DNA from: an uncultured Gammaproteobacteria bacterium
Lineage (GTDB): Bacteria; Patescibacteriota; Microgenomatia; Levybacterales; GWA1-39-11
Reading direction: 5' to 3'
Length of the DNA stretch: 64,000 nt
NCBI GenBank assembly: GCA_964641355.1
Contig: CAZXND010000001.1
Coordinates: forward strand, 151,858-215,857
Made by a program: the position numbers and the translations under genes. Numbering within the stretch: position 1 is the stretch's first letter; each line of letters opens with the position of its first letter. Positions 22,035 through 32,874 of this stretch are shown here, piece after piece. The notes under the pieces are model-generated. The model had not been told where the DNA came from. It saw nothing but the letters and a program-made list of their open reading frames with translations, and searched no databases.

Positions 22035-23631
22035 TAAAATTTTTCCCTACCTATTTTGGTGTTTAACTCTTTTCCTATCCTTTGCCATAATGTTTTCTAG
22101 CTTTTCCTATCAAAAAGGGAGTTTTTTAATTGGAACAAAATTATGGAGTGATTTTGCAGCACATATTCCCTTAATCAGGTCTTTTTCTTTTGGATACAAT
22201 TTCCCTCCAGAATACCCGATTTTTCCCAATTTTCCAATTCACTATCACTTTCTTTTTTATTTAATTGTTGGCATTCTTGAAAAACAAGGCGTTAGAATCG
22301 ACATTGCAATAAATATTTTAAGCACAATTTCTTTTTTTGCCTTGCTTATAATAATTTTCAAAATATCTCATTTATTGTTTAAACGTCGGAAAGTCGCCTA
22401 TCTATCAGTAATTTTGTTTTTATTTAATGGGTCTCTTTCATTCATAGAATTTTTTAAAAAAAACGATTTTTCCTCTATACCAATGTCTATTATAAATAAC
22501 CTAGACTTTCCCTCATGGGGTCCGTACGATGGGAAAGTTGTTTCAGCATTTTGGAATCTTAATATTTATACAAATCAAAGACATCTAGCCGCTTCTTTTT
22601 TATTATGCTTACTTAGTTTTTATTTAATTTTAAAGAAAATAGAAAATAAACAAGCAATCTCATATAAGTTTTGTCTGATCGTTGGTTGTTTATCGGGATT
22701 ATTCTATTTCCTAAATCAATCGGTTTTTATCATGTACTTAGTATTACTAATTGGAATAGGCTTATTTTTCAGAAACCATAGTAAAAAGTTATTTACAATC
22801 TTATTTATTACTGGTGTAATAGCATTACCTCAATACATGTATGTTAATTCTGCTGGAATAGCTTTTAGTCCTCGCATAGAAGTTGGCTATTTAATTGCCA
22901 AAAATTTTTCAATAATAAATTTTATACTATATTGGGTTTTTAACTTAGGACTTAACATTTTTACGATTCCTTTTGCCCTTTATTATTCGAATAAAATTCA
23001 AAAAAAAATATTTTTCATTTTTTTCTCATTTTTCTTAGTAGGAAATCTTTTTATCTTCTCCCCTGATATTGCTGCTAATCATAAATTTTTTAATTTTTTT
23101 ATGATAATTGGTTCAATGTTTTCAAGTTTTGCATTATATAGAATGTGGAGTAAAAATAACTTTTCTAAATTGATAGCAGTAATTTTATTTTTATTTTTAA
23201 CCCTTTCTGGAATTATAGAACTTTTCCCAATCCTTAATGATAAAAAGATAGAATTAAAAGATTATCCATCAAATAAGAGTATTAACTGGATAAAAAATAA
23301 TACACCACCGAATTCAATTTTTATGAACACGAACTTTCTTTACGATAGCGCATCGATTGCAGGAAGAAAAATCTTTTTAGGATGGCCGTACTTTCCCTGG
23401 TCAGCAGGTTACGATACAGACCTGAGATCAAAAGAAATAAAAGCCTTTTTTACTCTAAAAGATAAAACCAGAATATGTTCTTATTTAAGCAAAAATGGAA
23501 TAGGGTATATTTATCTTACAAAACCATCTGAATTTTTCCCCTTTAACAGAACTTATTGGGCGTCTCAATTTATACCTGTATTTAAAAACTTCGATGAATT
23601 AATATTTTCCTCAAAAAAAATATGCAAATAA
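22021..23631 (+). CDS. Large polytopic membrane protein (possible GT-C-type glycosyltransferase)
   Basis: 536 aa with at least 10 TM helices. It overlaps both flanking genes and sits in a glycosylation context. No motif-level assignment was possible. Confidence 0.35.
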   Translation: MKIFNKIFPYLFWCLTLFLSFAIMFSSFSYQKGSFLIGTKLWSDFAAHIPLIRSFSFGYNFPPEYPIFPNFPIHYHFLFYLIVGILEKQGVRIDIAINILSTISFFALLIIIFKISHLLFKRRKVAYLSVILFLFNGSLSFIEFFKKNDFSSIPMSIINNLDFPSWGPYDGKVVSAFWNLNIYTNQRHLAASFLLCLLSFYLILKKIENKQAISYKFCLIVGCLSGLFYFLNQSVFIMYLVLLIGIGLFFRNHSKKLFTILFITGVIALPQYMYVNSAGIAFSPRIEVGYLIAKNFSIINFILYWVFNLGLNIFTIPFALYYSNKIQKKIFFIFFSFFLVGNLFIFSPDIAANHKFFNFFMIIGSMFSSFALYRMWSKNNFSKLIAVILFLFLTLSGIIELFPILNDKKIELKDYPSNKSINWIKNNTPPNSIFMNTNFLYDSASIAGRKIFLGWPYFPWSAGYDTDLRSKEIKAFFTLKDKTRICSYLSKNGIGYIYLTKPSEFFPFNRTYWASQFIPVFKNFDELIFSSKKICK

Positions 23632-25706
23632 GTATTCTTGTTTATTTTTTAATTTGGTGGCTAAATCTGACAATTTTGGGATTAGTTTTTCTTCCTCTCA
23701 CATTTATACTTTTTAAAAAATTCAAGGACGGAGGATATATTTTTTCTAAGATAATTGGGATCGGCATACTATCTTATTCGGTTTTTATTATCAGTCTTTT
23801 AAAAGTTTTTCCCTTCTCTTTTTATTCAATTTTTTTCTTTTTATCTATTTTTTTAGCAATTAATTTATATTTAGTAAAAAGATTTTCTTTATTCAAGGAA
23901 TTAATAAAAATTTATAATTGGATGATTTTTGAAGAAATATTATTCTTATTTTCTTTAATAACTTGGGCTTATATCCGATCTTTTTCTCCTGAGATTAATG
24001 GTCTTGAAAAATTCATGGACTTTGGATTCATAAATTCGATTCTCAGATCTTCTTATTTCCCTCCCAAAGATATTTGGTTTCCCCCATTCGCTATAAATTA
24101 TTACTACTTTGGCCACCTGTATACTGCTGTTTTAACTAAGATGAGCTTTATTCCTTCACAAATCACATATAATCTCTCGATTGCTACATTATTTGCATTA
24201 ACTCTAACCTCTTCTTTTTCGATTGGTCTAAATGTAATTAAAACCAATAAAATAAAAATCAAGGTAGGAAATGGTCTTCTCTCCGCATTATTAGTAACCC
24301 TTGGGGGAAATTTACATACAATATACTCTTTGTTCAAAGACTATAATGTAGAAAATGTTCTTCCCTTTTGGAGACTTAACTTTTCAATTAATACTTTCCC
24401 AAATAATTATTGGTACCCTAATGCAACAAGATTCATTCCCTTTACTATTCACGAATTCCCTCTTTACTCATTTGTTGTTTCCGACCTTCATGGACATGTT
24501 CTAGATATTCCTTTTGTATTATTGACCATCGCACTGATTCTTAGCCTTTTTGAATATAAAGACATCTCAATAAAAAGAGTAGTTTTTATTTGTTTATTTC
24601 TCAGTTTAATGTATATGACAAATGCTTGGGACGGAGGAATCTATCTTCTTTTGCTATTAATTTCTGTTTTTATATTGATTTTTAAATCAAGAAAAAAAAT
24701 AAGAAACTTGGCAAACAGCTACGTCAGATTTTTATCTATAATATTTTTTTCGTTTGTTATTTTCATCCTTCCTTTTAGCATTAACTTCAAACCTTTTGTT
24801 TCTGGGATAGGAATTCTTTGTTCTCCTAGCTTTTTGACTCAAATAAAACAATTAGGTCCTTTTTTATTCGAAGCCAACCATTGTCAATCTTCTCCAGTTT
24901 GGCAACTTGTCATTCTTTATGGGTTTTTTTACTTTTGGGCAATTGTTCTCCTCGTATATTGGTGGTTAAAGAAATTTAAGAACTTGAACGCATTCATCCT
25001 TATTCTAATATTCTTTTCTACATTATTAATACTTCTACCAGAATTTATTTACTTTAAAGATATTTATCCTCAACACTACAGAGCAAATACTATGTTTAAA
25101 CTAGTCTATCAAGCATTCATCTTATTAAGCATCGTGTCCTCATATTCAATCACAACTGTGTTGACAACAAAGTTAAAAATTTTATTTGCTATTCTTACTA
25201 TTCCTTTATTGTCTCTCGTTTTTATTTATCCAAAATTTGCAATCGACTCTTATTATAAATCTTTGAAGGGGCGTATGTCTCTTGACGGAATAAATTACAT
25301 TTCACAAAAATACCCTGAAGATTACGACGTAATAAGGTGGATAGATAAAAATATTAACGGACAACCAACCATCCTTGAAGCTCAAGGCGATTCATATACC
25401 GACTATGAAAGACTGTCTGCCAATACAGGTCTACCTACAGTTTTAGGTTGGACAGTGCATGAATGGTTATGGAGAGGTGAATACAGCATTCCCGCCCCTA
25501 GGATTAAAGATATTGAAATAATTTATGAATCGGAAAACCTAGTGGAAGTAAAAAAACTACTCAAAAAATACCAAATTGAATATGTATATGTAGGAGTATT
25601 AGAAATGGAAAAGTATAAGAATATTAAAGTGAATAAATTTGAAAAAATAGGAAGTATCGTCTTTAGATCGGGAAAATCTAATCTTTTTAAGATTAATTCT
25701 TATTAG
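23622..25706 (+). CDS. Large polytopic membrane protein with C-terminal soluble domain (possible GT-C-type glycosyltransferase/oligosaccharyltransferase-like)
   Basis: 694 aa with about 13 TM helices and a soluble C-terminal domain of about 150 aa, which is GT-C architecture. Confidence 0.35.
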   Translation: MQISILVYFLIWWLNLTILGLVFLPLTFILFKKFKDGGYIFSKIIGIGILSYSVFIISLLKVFPFSFYSIFFFLSIFLAINLYLVKRFSLFKELIKIYNWMIFEEILFLFSLITWAYIRSFSPEINGLEKFMDFGFINSILRSSYFPPKDIWFPPFAINYYYFGHLYTAVLTKMSFIPSQITYNLSIATLFALTLTSSFSIGLNVIKTNKIKIKVGNGLLSALLVTLGGNLHTIYSLFKDYNVENVLPFWRLNFSINTFPNNYWYPNATRFIPFTIHEFPLYSFVVSDLHGHVLDIPFVLLTIALILSLFEYKDISIKRVVFICLFLSLMYMTNAWDGGIYLLLLLISVFILIFKSRKKIRNLANSYVRFLSIIFFSFVIFILPFSINFKPFVSGIGILCSPSFLTQIKQLGPFLFEANHCQSSPVWQLVILYGFFYFWAIVLLVYWWLKKFKNLNAFILILIFFSTLLILLPEFIYFKDIYPQHYRANTMFKLVYQAFILLSIVSSYSITTVLTTKLKILFAILTIPLLSLVFIYPKFAIDSYYKSLKGRMSLDGINYISQKYPEDYDVIRWIDKNINGQPTILEAQGDSYTDYERLSANTGLPTVLGWTVHEWLWRGEYSIPAPRIKDIEIIYESENLVEVKKLLKKYQIEYVYVGVLEMEKYKNIKVNKFEKIGSIVFRSGKSNLFKINSY

Positions 25707-26835
25707 ATTTGGGACTTGGACTAATTAATACAATTCCCTCTCTTCCAACTTCACACTTTTTACCGCTAATTATACAGTTAACAAACTCTTTAACCTCTGA
25801 AAAATCTCCACGACCTACTCTTGGGGCAAGAACCCACTGACCACCATAATCTGAAAGAGGCGGGTTTTTTAAAAGCCCGAGTCTATCGTTATAAGAATCT
25901 CCTTGATCGATTACGTAACTATTAATTTTTGCACCCTTCATCTTTTGCGCTAACTTTATGAAATCATCATATTGGCCTTGAGGGATATCGGTGAAAATAT
26001 TGTCTTTCAATATTCCAACTATTTGAATAACTTTTACAGGGTTTGCTAAAGTCCCAAGGGAGAGAACCTTGCTTTTTAAAGCATTTATAACCAGCTGCTG
26101 TCTTTTAGATCTTGCGAAATCAGACCCTTCAACACCCAATGCATGACGTGACCTCACAAATTTTAAAGCTAAATTTCCATCCATATGTTGATTTCCGTCT
26201 CCAACATGAAGATGGGAAAAACGACAAGGAAAAAGATCAAATTCGGTTGCACTACCTGTCGCAATTTGAGCCGAAAGAGTAGCAAGAGAGTCTTCGGTCA
26301 ATCCGCAAAGATCCTTCTCTTTCCCCTCAACAGGATACGCAAAATCATCAAGAGTATTTTCCACATTAACATCAATTCCTCCTAAAAGATCTACAAGCTT
26401 TGTGAAGCCTGAAAAATCTATTATAAATACGTAATCGGGATTTACACCAATCACCGAACCAACAGCTGCAGATGCCAAAGTCATACCTCTTCCATCTTTT
26501 TCTTGGCCGATTGCATATGCGGAGTTAACTTTCGCACCGATACTATCTAAATATAGATCTCGAGGAATGGAGATAAGGTTCACAACATTTTTATCAGGCT
26601 CTAAATTTGCAAAAATAATAGTGTCAGTTAAATCTGGTCCTTCATGATTTTCCCCACCAATTCCCATTAAGAGGATGTTAACATTTCCGTTCTCACTCTT
26701 TTTAATGTTAATTTTTTTATCTACAAAAAAATCCCAAATTAAGAAAATTGATTTGATTAGTAATATTAAAAAAATAAGACCAACTATAAACAAACCCCAA
26801 TTTCTCTTTTTCTTGTTAGTTTTTTGTAAATCCAT
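25693..26835 (-). CDS. LytR-CpsA-Psr (LCP) family cell-wall glycopolymer phosphotransferase
   Basis: N-terminal TM then an LCP core (LLMGIGGENHEGPDLTDTIIFANLEP...ISIPRDLYL...GGIDV). Confidence 0.75.
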   Translation of the reverse strand: MDLQKTNKKKRNWGLFIVGLIFLILLIKSIFLIWDFFVDKKINIKKSENGNVNILLMGIGGENHEGPDLTDTIIFANLEPDKNVVNLISIPRDLYLDSIGAKVNSAYAIGQEKDGRGMTLASAAVGSVIGVNPDYVFIIDFSGFTKLVDLLGGIDVNVENTLDDFAYPVEGKEKDLCGLTEDSLATLSAQIATGSATEFDLFPCRFSHLHVGDGNQHMDGNLALKFVRSRHALGVEGSDFARSKRQQLVINALKSKVLSLGTLANPVKVIQIVGILKDNIFTDIPQGQYDDFIKLAQKMKGAKINSYVIDQGDSYNDRLGLLKNPPLSDYGGQWVLAPRVGRGDFSEVKEFVNCIISGKKCEVGREGIVLISPSPKSNKN

Positions 26836-26843
26836 GTAGTTAC

Positions 26844-27494
26844 TTAAGACAAGATTTTTACAAAACTGTTTACAGTTTCGACTCTAAGACTTGCCGACCC
26901 AATTAAAAATCCTGAAAGATCACTTACTTCTAGTAGACTTTGCAGATGACCAAGATCAACACTTCCCCCATAGAGAATAGGTGTATTCGTCTCTCTTGAA
27001 ATTAACTCTAGAGCTTTTTCAATCTCCTCCACGGTTTTAATTTTTCCAGTTCCTATCGCATCCCTAGGCTCAAAGGCTACTGCATCGGGACTCATATCTT
27101 CAAGTTCTGAAACATTTTCTACACAAAGTATAGTTTTTAAGCCAAATTCCTTAGATCTTTTCATCTTTTCTTTTATGACTTCTTTTGTATCACCCATGAG
27201 GGTTCTTCTTTCAACGTGGCCTAAAATCACATACTCAACAAACTCGGAAAGAGCTTTTCCATTTACTTCACCCGTATAAGATCCTACCCCAAACCTTGAA
27301 ATATCTTGTGCTCCAAGAATAATATTTAACCCTCGATCTTTTACTATTTTCGAACACATGGGAATTGAAACATAGTCTGGACAAAGTATCACTCTACAAG
27401 CAGAAGAGATGTTCTCAACCTCTCCTAAAAATTTTTCCGCCTCACTTGCTGTCTTATTTGATTTCCAATTTAGAACTAAAATTTTTTCACTCAT
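26844..27494 (-). CDS. tpiA: Triosephosphate isomerase, short (archaeal-like, 216 aa) form
   Basis: LVLNWKSNKT...ILGHVERR... TIM-barrel motifs. The length is typical of archaeal-type TIM rather than the roughly 250-aa bacterial form. Confidence 0.75.
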   Translation of the reverse strand: MSEKILVLNWKSNKTASEAEKFLGEVENISSACRVILCPDYVSIPMCSKIVKDRGLNIILGAQDISRFGVGSYTGEVNGKALSEFVEYVILGHVERRTLMGDTKEVIKEKMKRSKEFGLKTILCVENVSELEDMSPDAVAFEPRDAIGTGKIKTVEEIEKALELISRETNTPILYGGSVDLGHLQSLLEVSDLSGFLIGSASLRVETVNSFVKILS

Positions 27495-27591
27495 AAGATT
27501 GCTTGTACAGATGGTACAAAGCTAATATAATCTATCTTACTCAATATTCTGGTGCTCCTGCACCCTCATAACGTTTTTCATTATAACAAGT

Positions 27592-29433
27592 ATGGAAGAA
27601 TTTCTCACCAAATTAAATACAGAACAAAAAAAAGCTGTTCTTTCTACAGAAGGACCAGAAATAATACTTGCCGGAGCTGGAAGTGGTAAAACAAGAGTAC
27701 TGGTCTATAAAGTTTTATATTTGATATTGAATAAGAAAATTAGACCTGAAAATATTCTCATGGTTACTTTCACAAATAAAGCTGCTGGAGAAATGCTTGA
27801 GAGGATTAAAAAAATTTTAAACAAAAATGAACTTCCATTATCTAGCACTCCTGTCATTGGAACATTTCATTCTTTGTGTGCGAGAATTTTGAGAAGGGAC
27901 GGGATTGCAATAGGAGTCCCCCACAATTTTCTTATCTATGATACACAAGACCAATTAGATACAGTTAAAACCGTAATGAAAGATCTCGATCTTTCAATTA
28001 AAAACTTTAGACCAAGATCAGTTCTCGAAATAATATCTCAAGCAAAAAATCAAATGATAGATCCTATTTCATATACTAGTATTGCGCATGGATTTTTTCA
28101 AGAAACAGTAGCAAGAATCTATCCAATATACCAAGAGGCAATGTTTAGAACCCATGCTCTTGATTTTGACGATCTTCTACTTTTGACAATTAAACTTTTT
28201 AAAAAAGAACCACGTATTCTTTCAAAATACCAAGATCTATTTAAATATATTTTAGTAGATGAATATCAGGATACCAATCAAGCTCAGTATGAAATAACCA
28301 AACTTTTAGGAGAAAAAACAAGAAACATTTGTATAGTGGGAGATTTTTCTCAGAGTATATACAGTTTCAGAGGAGCTGACTTTAGAAATTTGGAAAAGTT
28401 TAAACAAGAGTTTCCAGAAAGTAATACTTTTCCCTTGTCTCAGAATTACCGATCTACACAAAAGATTCTTGATGCAGCTCACTCTGTTATTTCTAAAAAC
28501 AATACTCACCCGATTCTTTCTTTATGGACCAAAAACCCTGAAGGTGAGGAGGTAATTATTTTTGAAGCAGAGGATGAACATAATGAAGCAGAATATATTG
28601 TATATAAAATAGGTGAGGAGAAAAGAAAAAATTCTAAACTTTCTTATTCAGACTTTGCTGTTCTCTATCGAACTAATGCTCAATCGCGTGCTATTGAAGA
28701 AGTATTTATACATAAAGGAGTACCGTACAAACTGATCGGGGGTGTTAGATTTTATGAACGACGAGAAATAAAAGACGTACTTTCCTATCTCGCTTATCTA
28801 TTCAATCAAAAAGATTTAGTATCTCTAAAACGCATTGAGAAAATTGGAAAAAGGAGACTTGAAAAATTTTTAGAGTATGTGAAGGAGTTCAATAACAAAA
28901 AAGATGAGATACCAACTTTAAACATAATGGATGAAATTTTCGTTAAAACCGGCTATTTAGATCTTTACGACGAGAAAGATAGCGAGGACAGAAATAGATT
29001 AGAAAATATAAAAGAACTAAGATCGGTTGCTCTTGAATTTCCAAATCTCTCCGACTTTCTTGAAAACGTCGCTCTCGTCGAACAAGAATATGTACCTGGA
29101 TCAAATATAAAACAAGGCGAAGATGCTATTCCTCTTATGACCTTGCATGCTGCAAAGGGACTTGAATTCCATATAGTTTTTATCGTGGGACTTGAAGAAG
29201 GAATTTTCCCTCATAGCCAATCTCAGTTTGATTCAAGTGAACTTGAGGAGGAGAGACGACTATGCTATGTTGGTATAACTAGGGCAAAAGAGAAGTTATT
29301 CTTAACATATGCAAGACAACGACTTTATTTTGGTCAAAGAATGAACGGAATTCTATCAAGATTTATTCTGGAATTACCAAAGGAAGTCCTAAAAAACAAT
29401 TTATTAGATACAAAGAATAAACAATATGAATAG
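27592..29433 (+). CDS. UvrD/PcrA/Rep-family SF1 DNA helicase
   Basis: LNTEQKKAV...AGAGSGKTRVL (motif I), DEYQDTNQAQY (motif II), and later Q-motif and QNYRST blocks; 613 aa. Confidence 0.85.
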   Translation: MEEFLTKLNTEQKKAVLSTEGPEIILAGAGSGKTRVLVYKVLYLILNKKIRPENILMVTFTNKAAGEMLERIKKILNKNELPLSSTPVIGTFHSLCARILRRDGIAIGVPHNFLIYDTQDQLDTVKTVMKDLDLSIKNFRPRSVLEIISQAKNQMIDPISYTSIAHGFFQETVARIYPIYQEAMFRTHALDFDDLLLLTIKLFKKEPRILSKYQDLFKYILVDEYQDTNQAQYEITKLLGEKTRNICIVGDFSQSIYSFRGADFRNLEKFKQEFPESNTFPLSQNYRSTQKILDAAHSVISKNNTHPILSLWTKNPEGEEVIIFEAEDEHNEAEYIVYKIGEEKRKNSKLSYSDFAVLYRTNAQSRAIEEVFIHKGVPYKLIGGVRFYERREIKDVLSYLAYLFNQKDLVSLKRIEKIGKRRLEKFLEYVKEFNNKKDEIPTLNIMDEIFVKTGYLDLYDEKDSEDRNRLENIKELRSVALEFPNLSDFLENVALVEQEYVPGSNIKQGEDAIPLMTLHAAKGLEFHIVFIVGLEEGIFPHSQSQFDSSELEEERRLCYVGITRAKEKLFLTYARQRLYFGQRMNGILSRFILELPKEVLKNNLLDTKNKQYE

Positions 29434-30490
29434 TTATATATCAATAGGTGATAACGATAGAAAAAAATTTAATAAAGTTGTAAATCATCCTCTACAGTCT
29501 TTCGAATGGGGGGAGTTCAGGAAAAAAATTGGAACAAAAGTTGTTAGGAAAGCACTGGTCGATAATGAAGGAAATTTTATAGACGGTTTCACTCTAACAA
29601 TACATAAAATTCCTTTCCTTCCTTATAATATTGGCTACGTCGGCAAGGGTAATTTTCCTGATAAGACAACACTTGAAGAACTAAAGAAAATCGGTGAGGA
29701 AGAAAAATGTATATATATTCAACTTGAACCTAATGTAACGATAAATGAAGCGAAAGAAAAAAACATCGATCTGAATAATTTAAAAAATTTTAATATTAAA
29801 CAGTCCTTTCATCCATTATTCACCAAATATACTTTTGTTTTAGACCTTGATAAGTCAGAAGATCAGATATTAATAGGCATGCATCCTAAAACTCGATATA
29901 ACATAAGGGTAGCAACAAAACATAAGGTCGATGTCGTCAATGATAACTCAATCGAAAGTTTTAATAAATACTTGTCCCTCATGGAAGAAACTACTCAAAG
30001 GCAAAGATTCTATGCGCATGATAGAAATTATCACAAGAATCTTTGGGAGATGCTTAAAGATAATAAAAACAAAGATGATTTAATTTATAAAATACTTCTT
30101 GCTTACTACCAACCTGAGGGGAAAAAGAGAGAAGTTTTAACTGCATGGGTAATTTTCATATTTAAGGATGTTATTTACTATCCCTATGGAGCATCTAGTA
30201 GAAATTATCGAGAAGTTATGGCATCAAATCTCACTGCTTGGGAAGCAATTAAAATCGGGAAAGAGATGGGAATGAAAAGGTTTGACATGTGGGGCGCCTT
30301 GGGAGAAAACCCTGATAAATCAGATCCTTGGTATGGCTTCCATAGATTCAAGCAGGGGTATGGAGCTACGCTAACAGAGTTTATAGGAAGTTATGACCTA
30401 ATAATAAATCCGTTTTTATACTACTTAGTAAAACGTATAGATAAAATTCGATGGTTTCTTTTATCACTAAGAAAAAGAATTAGACATTAA
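29426..30490 (+). CDS. FemAB-family peptidyltransferase (peptidoglycan interpeptide bridge formation)
   Basis: HPLQSFEWGEFRK... N-terminus and the size are typical of the Fem/MurM family. Confidence 0.6.
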   Translation: MNSYISIGDNDRKKFNKVVNHPLQSFEWGEFRKKIGTKVVRKALVDNEGNFIDGFTLTIHKIPFLPYNIGYVGKGNFPDKTTLEELKKIGEEEKCIYIQLEPNVTINEAKEKNIDLNNLKNFNIKQSFHPLFTKYTFVLDLDKSEDQILIGMHPKTRYNIRVATKHKVDVVNDNSIESFNKYLSLMEETTQRQRFYAHDRNYHKNLWEMLKDNKNKDDLIYKILLAYYQPEGKKREVLTAWVIFIFKDVIYYPYGASSRNYREVMASNLTAWEAIKIGKEMGMKRFDMWGALGENPDKSDPWYGFHRFKQGYGATLTEFIGSYDLIINPFLYYLVKRIDKIRWFLLSLRKRIRH

Positions 30491-32106
30491 TGCTAAATCC
30501 GATAATCAATAAGCTCAAACACCTCACAACTCTTCAGATAGCAACAATTCTTACCTTAGTAGTTTTCTCCATATATTTAAATACTTTTACAAATAAGTTG
30601 TTCTATGACGATGAGGACTTTATATACAAAAATGAGTATGTAAAGAATTTTAATCTTCCTAAATATTTTTCAGAAAATACAATTGCAGGTAGTGGAAAGT
30701 TAAGTAATTATTATAGACCTTTACTTACTCTTGGTTATGGATTTGAATATATTATTTTTCAAGATTTTCCATTCATATACCATTTCAATAGCGTAGCTCT
30801 TCAAGCAATAAACACAGCACTGGTTTTTTTATTTATAAAAAAACTTTTTGGTAGGAAGCTTATCGCTTTTATTACAGGACTTATGTTTGGAATTCATCCA
30901 ATTCAAACAGAAGCCGTTTCTTATGTCTCTGGTCGTGGAGACCCATTATCTTTTATGTTCATGCTCATAACTTTAATTATATTCGCTAAAAGTAATAAAA
31001 ATTTTTCATATTTTTCTAAATCAACTCTGATCTCTTTACTAGCTTTTTCATGCGCTCTACTTTCAAAAGAAATTACAATAATAACTCCATTTCTTATTCT
31101 GCTAGTAGATCTTATTCGAGAAGGGAACTTAAAAGCCAAAACGTTTAAAAATGCTGTATTTAAAACCATTCCATACTTTTTAATACTTATTTTCTACTTA
31201 CTATTAAGATTAACTCTTTTAAACTTCCAAAATACTCTCAATTTTTATAATTACTCAAATATATATTCCGAAAACCTCTTCATTAGAATGTTAACATTTT
31301 TAAATCTCCTCCCAGAATACTTTAAGCTTTTAATTTTTCCCTGGACCCTATATATTGATCGGAGTACAACTATTATTACGAGCGTCAATCTTAAGGTAAT
31401 TATTACATCCATACTAATACTCACATCTTTCGCTTTATCAGTAAAATTTTTTAAAAAAACTCCTATCCTTTTATTTGCATTTCTGTGGTTTTTTATCTGT
31501 TTTATTCCAACGTCTGGAGTAATACCAATTAATGGTATCTTTTATGAGCATTTTTTATATTTTCCATCTCTTGGTTTTTTTCTATTAGAGTCATATCTAA
31601 TAGTAGAAACCTTTAAATATTTAAAAAGATTTTTAAAAATTACGATAATATTAATTTTTCTTGCTTATATTATTTTTTTAATGAGCAGAACAGTTCATAG
31701 GAATTCTGAGTGGAACAATCCAATAACTTTTTACTCACAGACTCTTAAACATACAGAGAGTGCAAGGATCAGGAATAATTTAGCAATGGCATATGCAGAA
31801 TCTGGAGATTACAAAAAATCGATAGTAGAATATAAAAAATCAATTTATTTTTATGATTTTTATCCTGAAACTCATTACAATTTAGGCAATGCTTATCTTG
31901 CATTGAATCAAACACAAAATGCTATGGATGAGTACGAAAAATCGATAAAAATTGACAAATATTTCTATTATCCATATATCAAACTTTATGAACTATATAC
32001 AAAAACCAACGATCTTCAGAGTAAAGAGGCACTTCTAAAAAAAGTTGAGACTCTTGCGGAAGTAAATAAGACGTTTAATTCTATTCTAATCCAATTTAAA
32101 AATTAG
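30490..32106 (+). CDS. TMTC-like GT-C glycosyltransferase with C-terminal TPR repeats (putative protein O-mannosyltransferase)
   Basis: N-terminal polytopic domain (DUF1736-like: ...YYRPLLTLGYGFEY...) and C-terminal TPR repeats (AMAYAESGDYKKSIVEYKKSI..YNLGNAYLALNQTQNAMDEYEKSIKI). Confidence 0.55.
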   Translation: MLNPIINKLKHLTTLQIATILTLVVFSIYLNTFTNKLFYDDEDFIYKNEYVKNFNLPKYFSENTIAGSGKLSNYYRPLLTLGYGFEYIIFQDFPFIYHFNSVALQAINTALVFLFIKKLFGRKLIAFITGLMFGIHPIQTEAVSYVSGRGDPLSFMFMLITLIIFAKSNKNFSYFSKSTLISLLAFSCALLSKEITIITPFLILLVDLIREGNLKAKTFKNAVFKTIPYFLILIFYLLLRLTLLNFQNTLNFYNYSNIYSENLFIRMLTFLNLLPEYFKLLIFPWTLYIDRSTTIITSVNLKVIITSILILTSFALSVKFFKKTPILLFAFLWFFICFIPTSGVIPINGIFYEHFLYFPSLGFFLLESYLIVETFKYLKRFLKITIILIFLAYIIFLMSRTVHRNSEWNNPITFYSQTLKHTESARIRNNLAMAYAESGDYKKSIVEYKKSIYFYDFYPETHYNLGNAYLALNQTQNAMDEYEKSIKIDKYFYYPYIKLYELYTKTNDLQSKEALLKKVETLAEVNKTFNSILIQFKN

Positions 32107-32609
32107 ACTTCATATAAAAACAGTTCGTTTTTTAAATCTTTTTTTATTAATTTTAGTTTCATTTGATATTTATAACTAATAAATTTAGTTCCTGGTTTTA
32201 ACTCTTTTTTTAACTTTGGAATTAAACGATTTAAAGCTTTAGGAACTAGATATGCATAAATAATTGTTGCGTCTTTCAATGGAACATCAAAAAAATTTTT
32301 ATTATAAATCCTAATGGAAAGTTTAGATAAAGCGGTTCTGAATTTTGATATATAAAACCTTAAGGGGTCTATTTCAATTCCCACAGCCTTCGCACCAAAT
32401 TCTTCTGATGCAACTATTAAAAAGCTGCCATCTCCAGACCCAAGTTCAAACACGATGTCCTTTTTATTTATTTTGCCAATTCGACATACTGCCCTAGCTA
32501 CATCTTTGTTAGTTCTCCACCAAGGACTCCAAGGACTATCAGGCGGCCAAACCATTGACAGTAGTAAGAGAAGAAAAATAACAATAATAAAAACAGAAAT
32601 ATAAATCAT
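32103..32609 (-). CDS. Class I SAM-dependent methyltransferase (membrane-anchored)
   Basis: N-terminal TM then a motif I block VFELGSGDGSFLIVASEEFGAKAVGIEID. The start was trimmed to ATG 32609 (MIYIS...) to abut sodX. Confidence 0.55.
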   Translation of the reverse strand: MIYISVFIIVIFLLLLLSMVWPPDSPWSPWWRTNKDVARAVCRIGKINKKDIVFELGSGDGSFLIVASEEFGAKAVGIEIDPLRFYISKFRTALSKLSIRIYNKNFFDVPLKDATIIYAYLVPKALNRLIPKLKKELKPGTKFISYKYQMKLKLIKKDLKNELFLYEV

Positions 32610-32610
32610 A

Positions 32611-32874
32611 TTAGAATTTAAGTACAACCTTTCCCAATATGTTTTTCTTTTCAATCCACCCTATCTCAAAACTATCATTTCTATTATCTCCCGTTACAAA
32701 AACTTTTTTTTTAGAAATCCTAACTATTCTTTTAATCAAGTTTTTATTGTTCAAATTCAAAACAACAACATCGTTATTTCTTATTCTTAGTAGAGATGTA
32801 ACGAAAACTAAATTATTTGAAGAAAAACTAGGAAACATGCTATGACCTGAAATTCTAAATACTCCTAGGATCAT
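32611..32874 (-). CDS. sodX: S26-family signal-peptidase-like NiSOD maturation protease (SodX)
   Basis: 87 aa with an SM-FPS Ser box (ISGHSMFPSF) and a KRIV Lys box. Its start overlaps the sodN stop (ATGA). Confidence 0.6.
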   Translation of the reverse strand: MILGVFRISGHSMFPSFSSNNLVFVTSLLRIRNNDVVVLNLNNKNLIKRIVRISKKKVFVTGDNRNDSFEIGWIEKKNILGKVVLKF

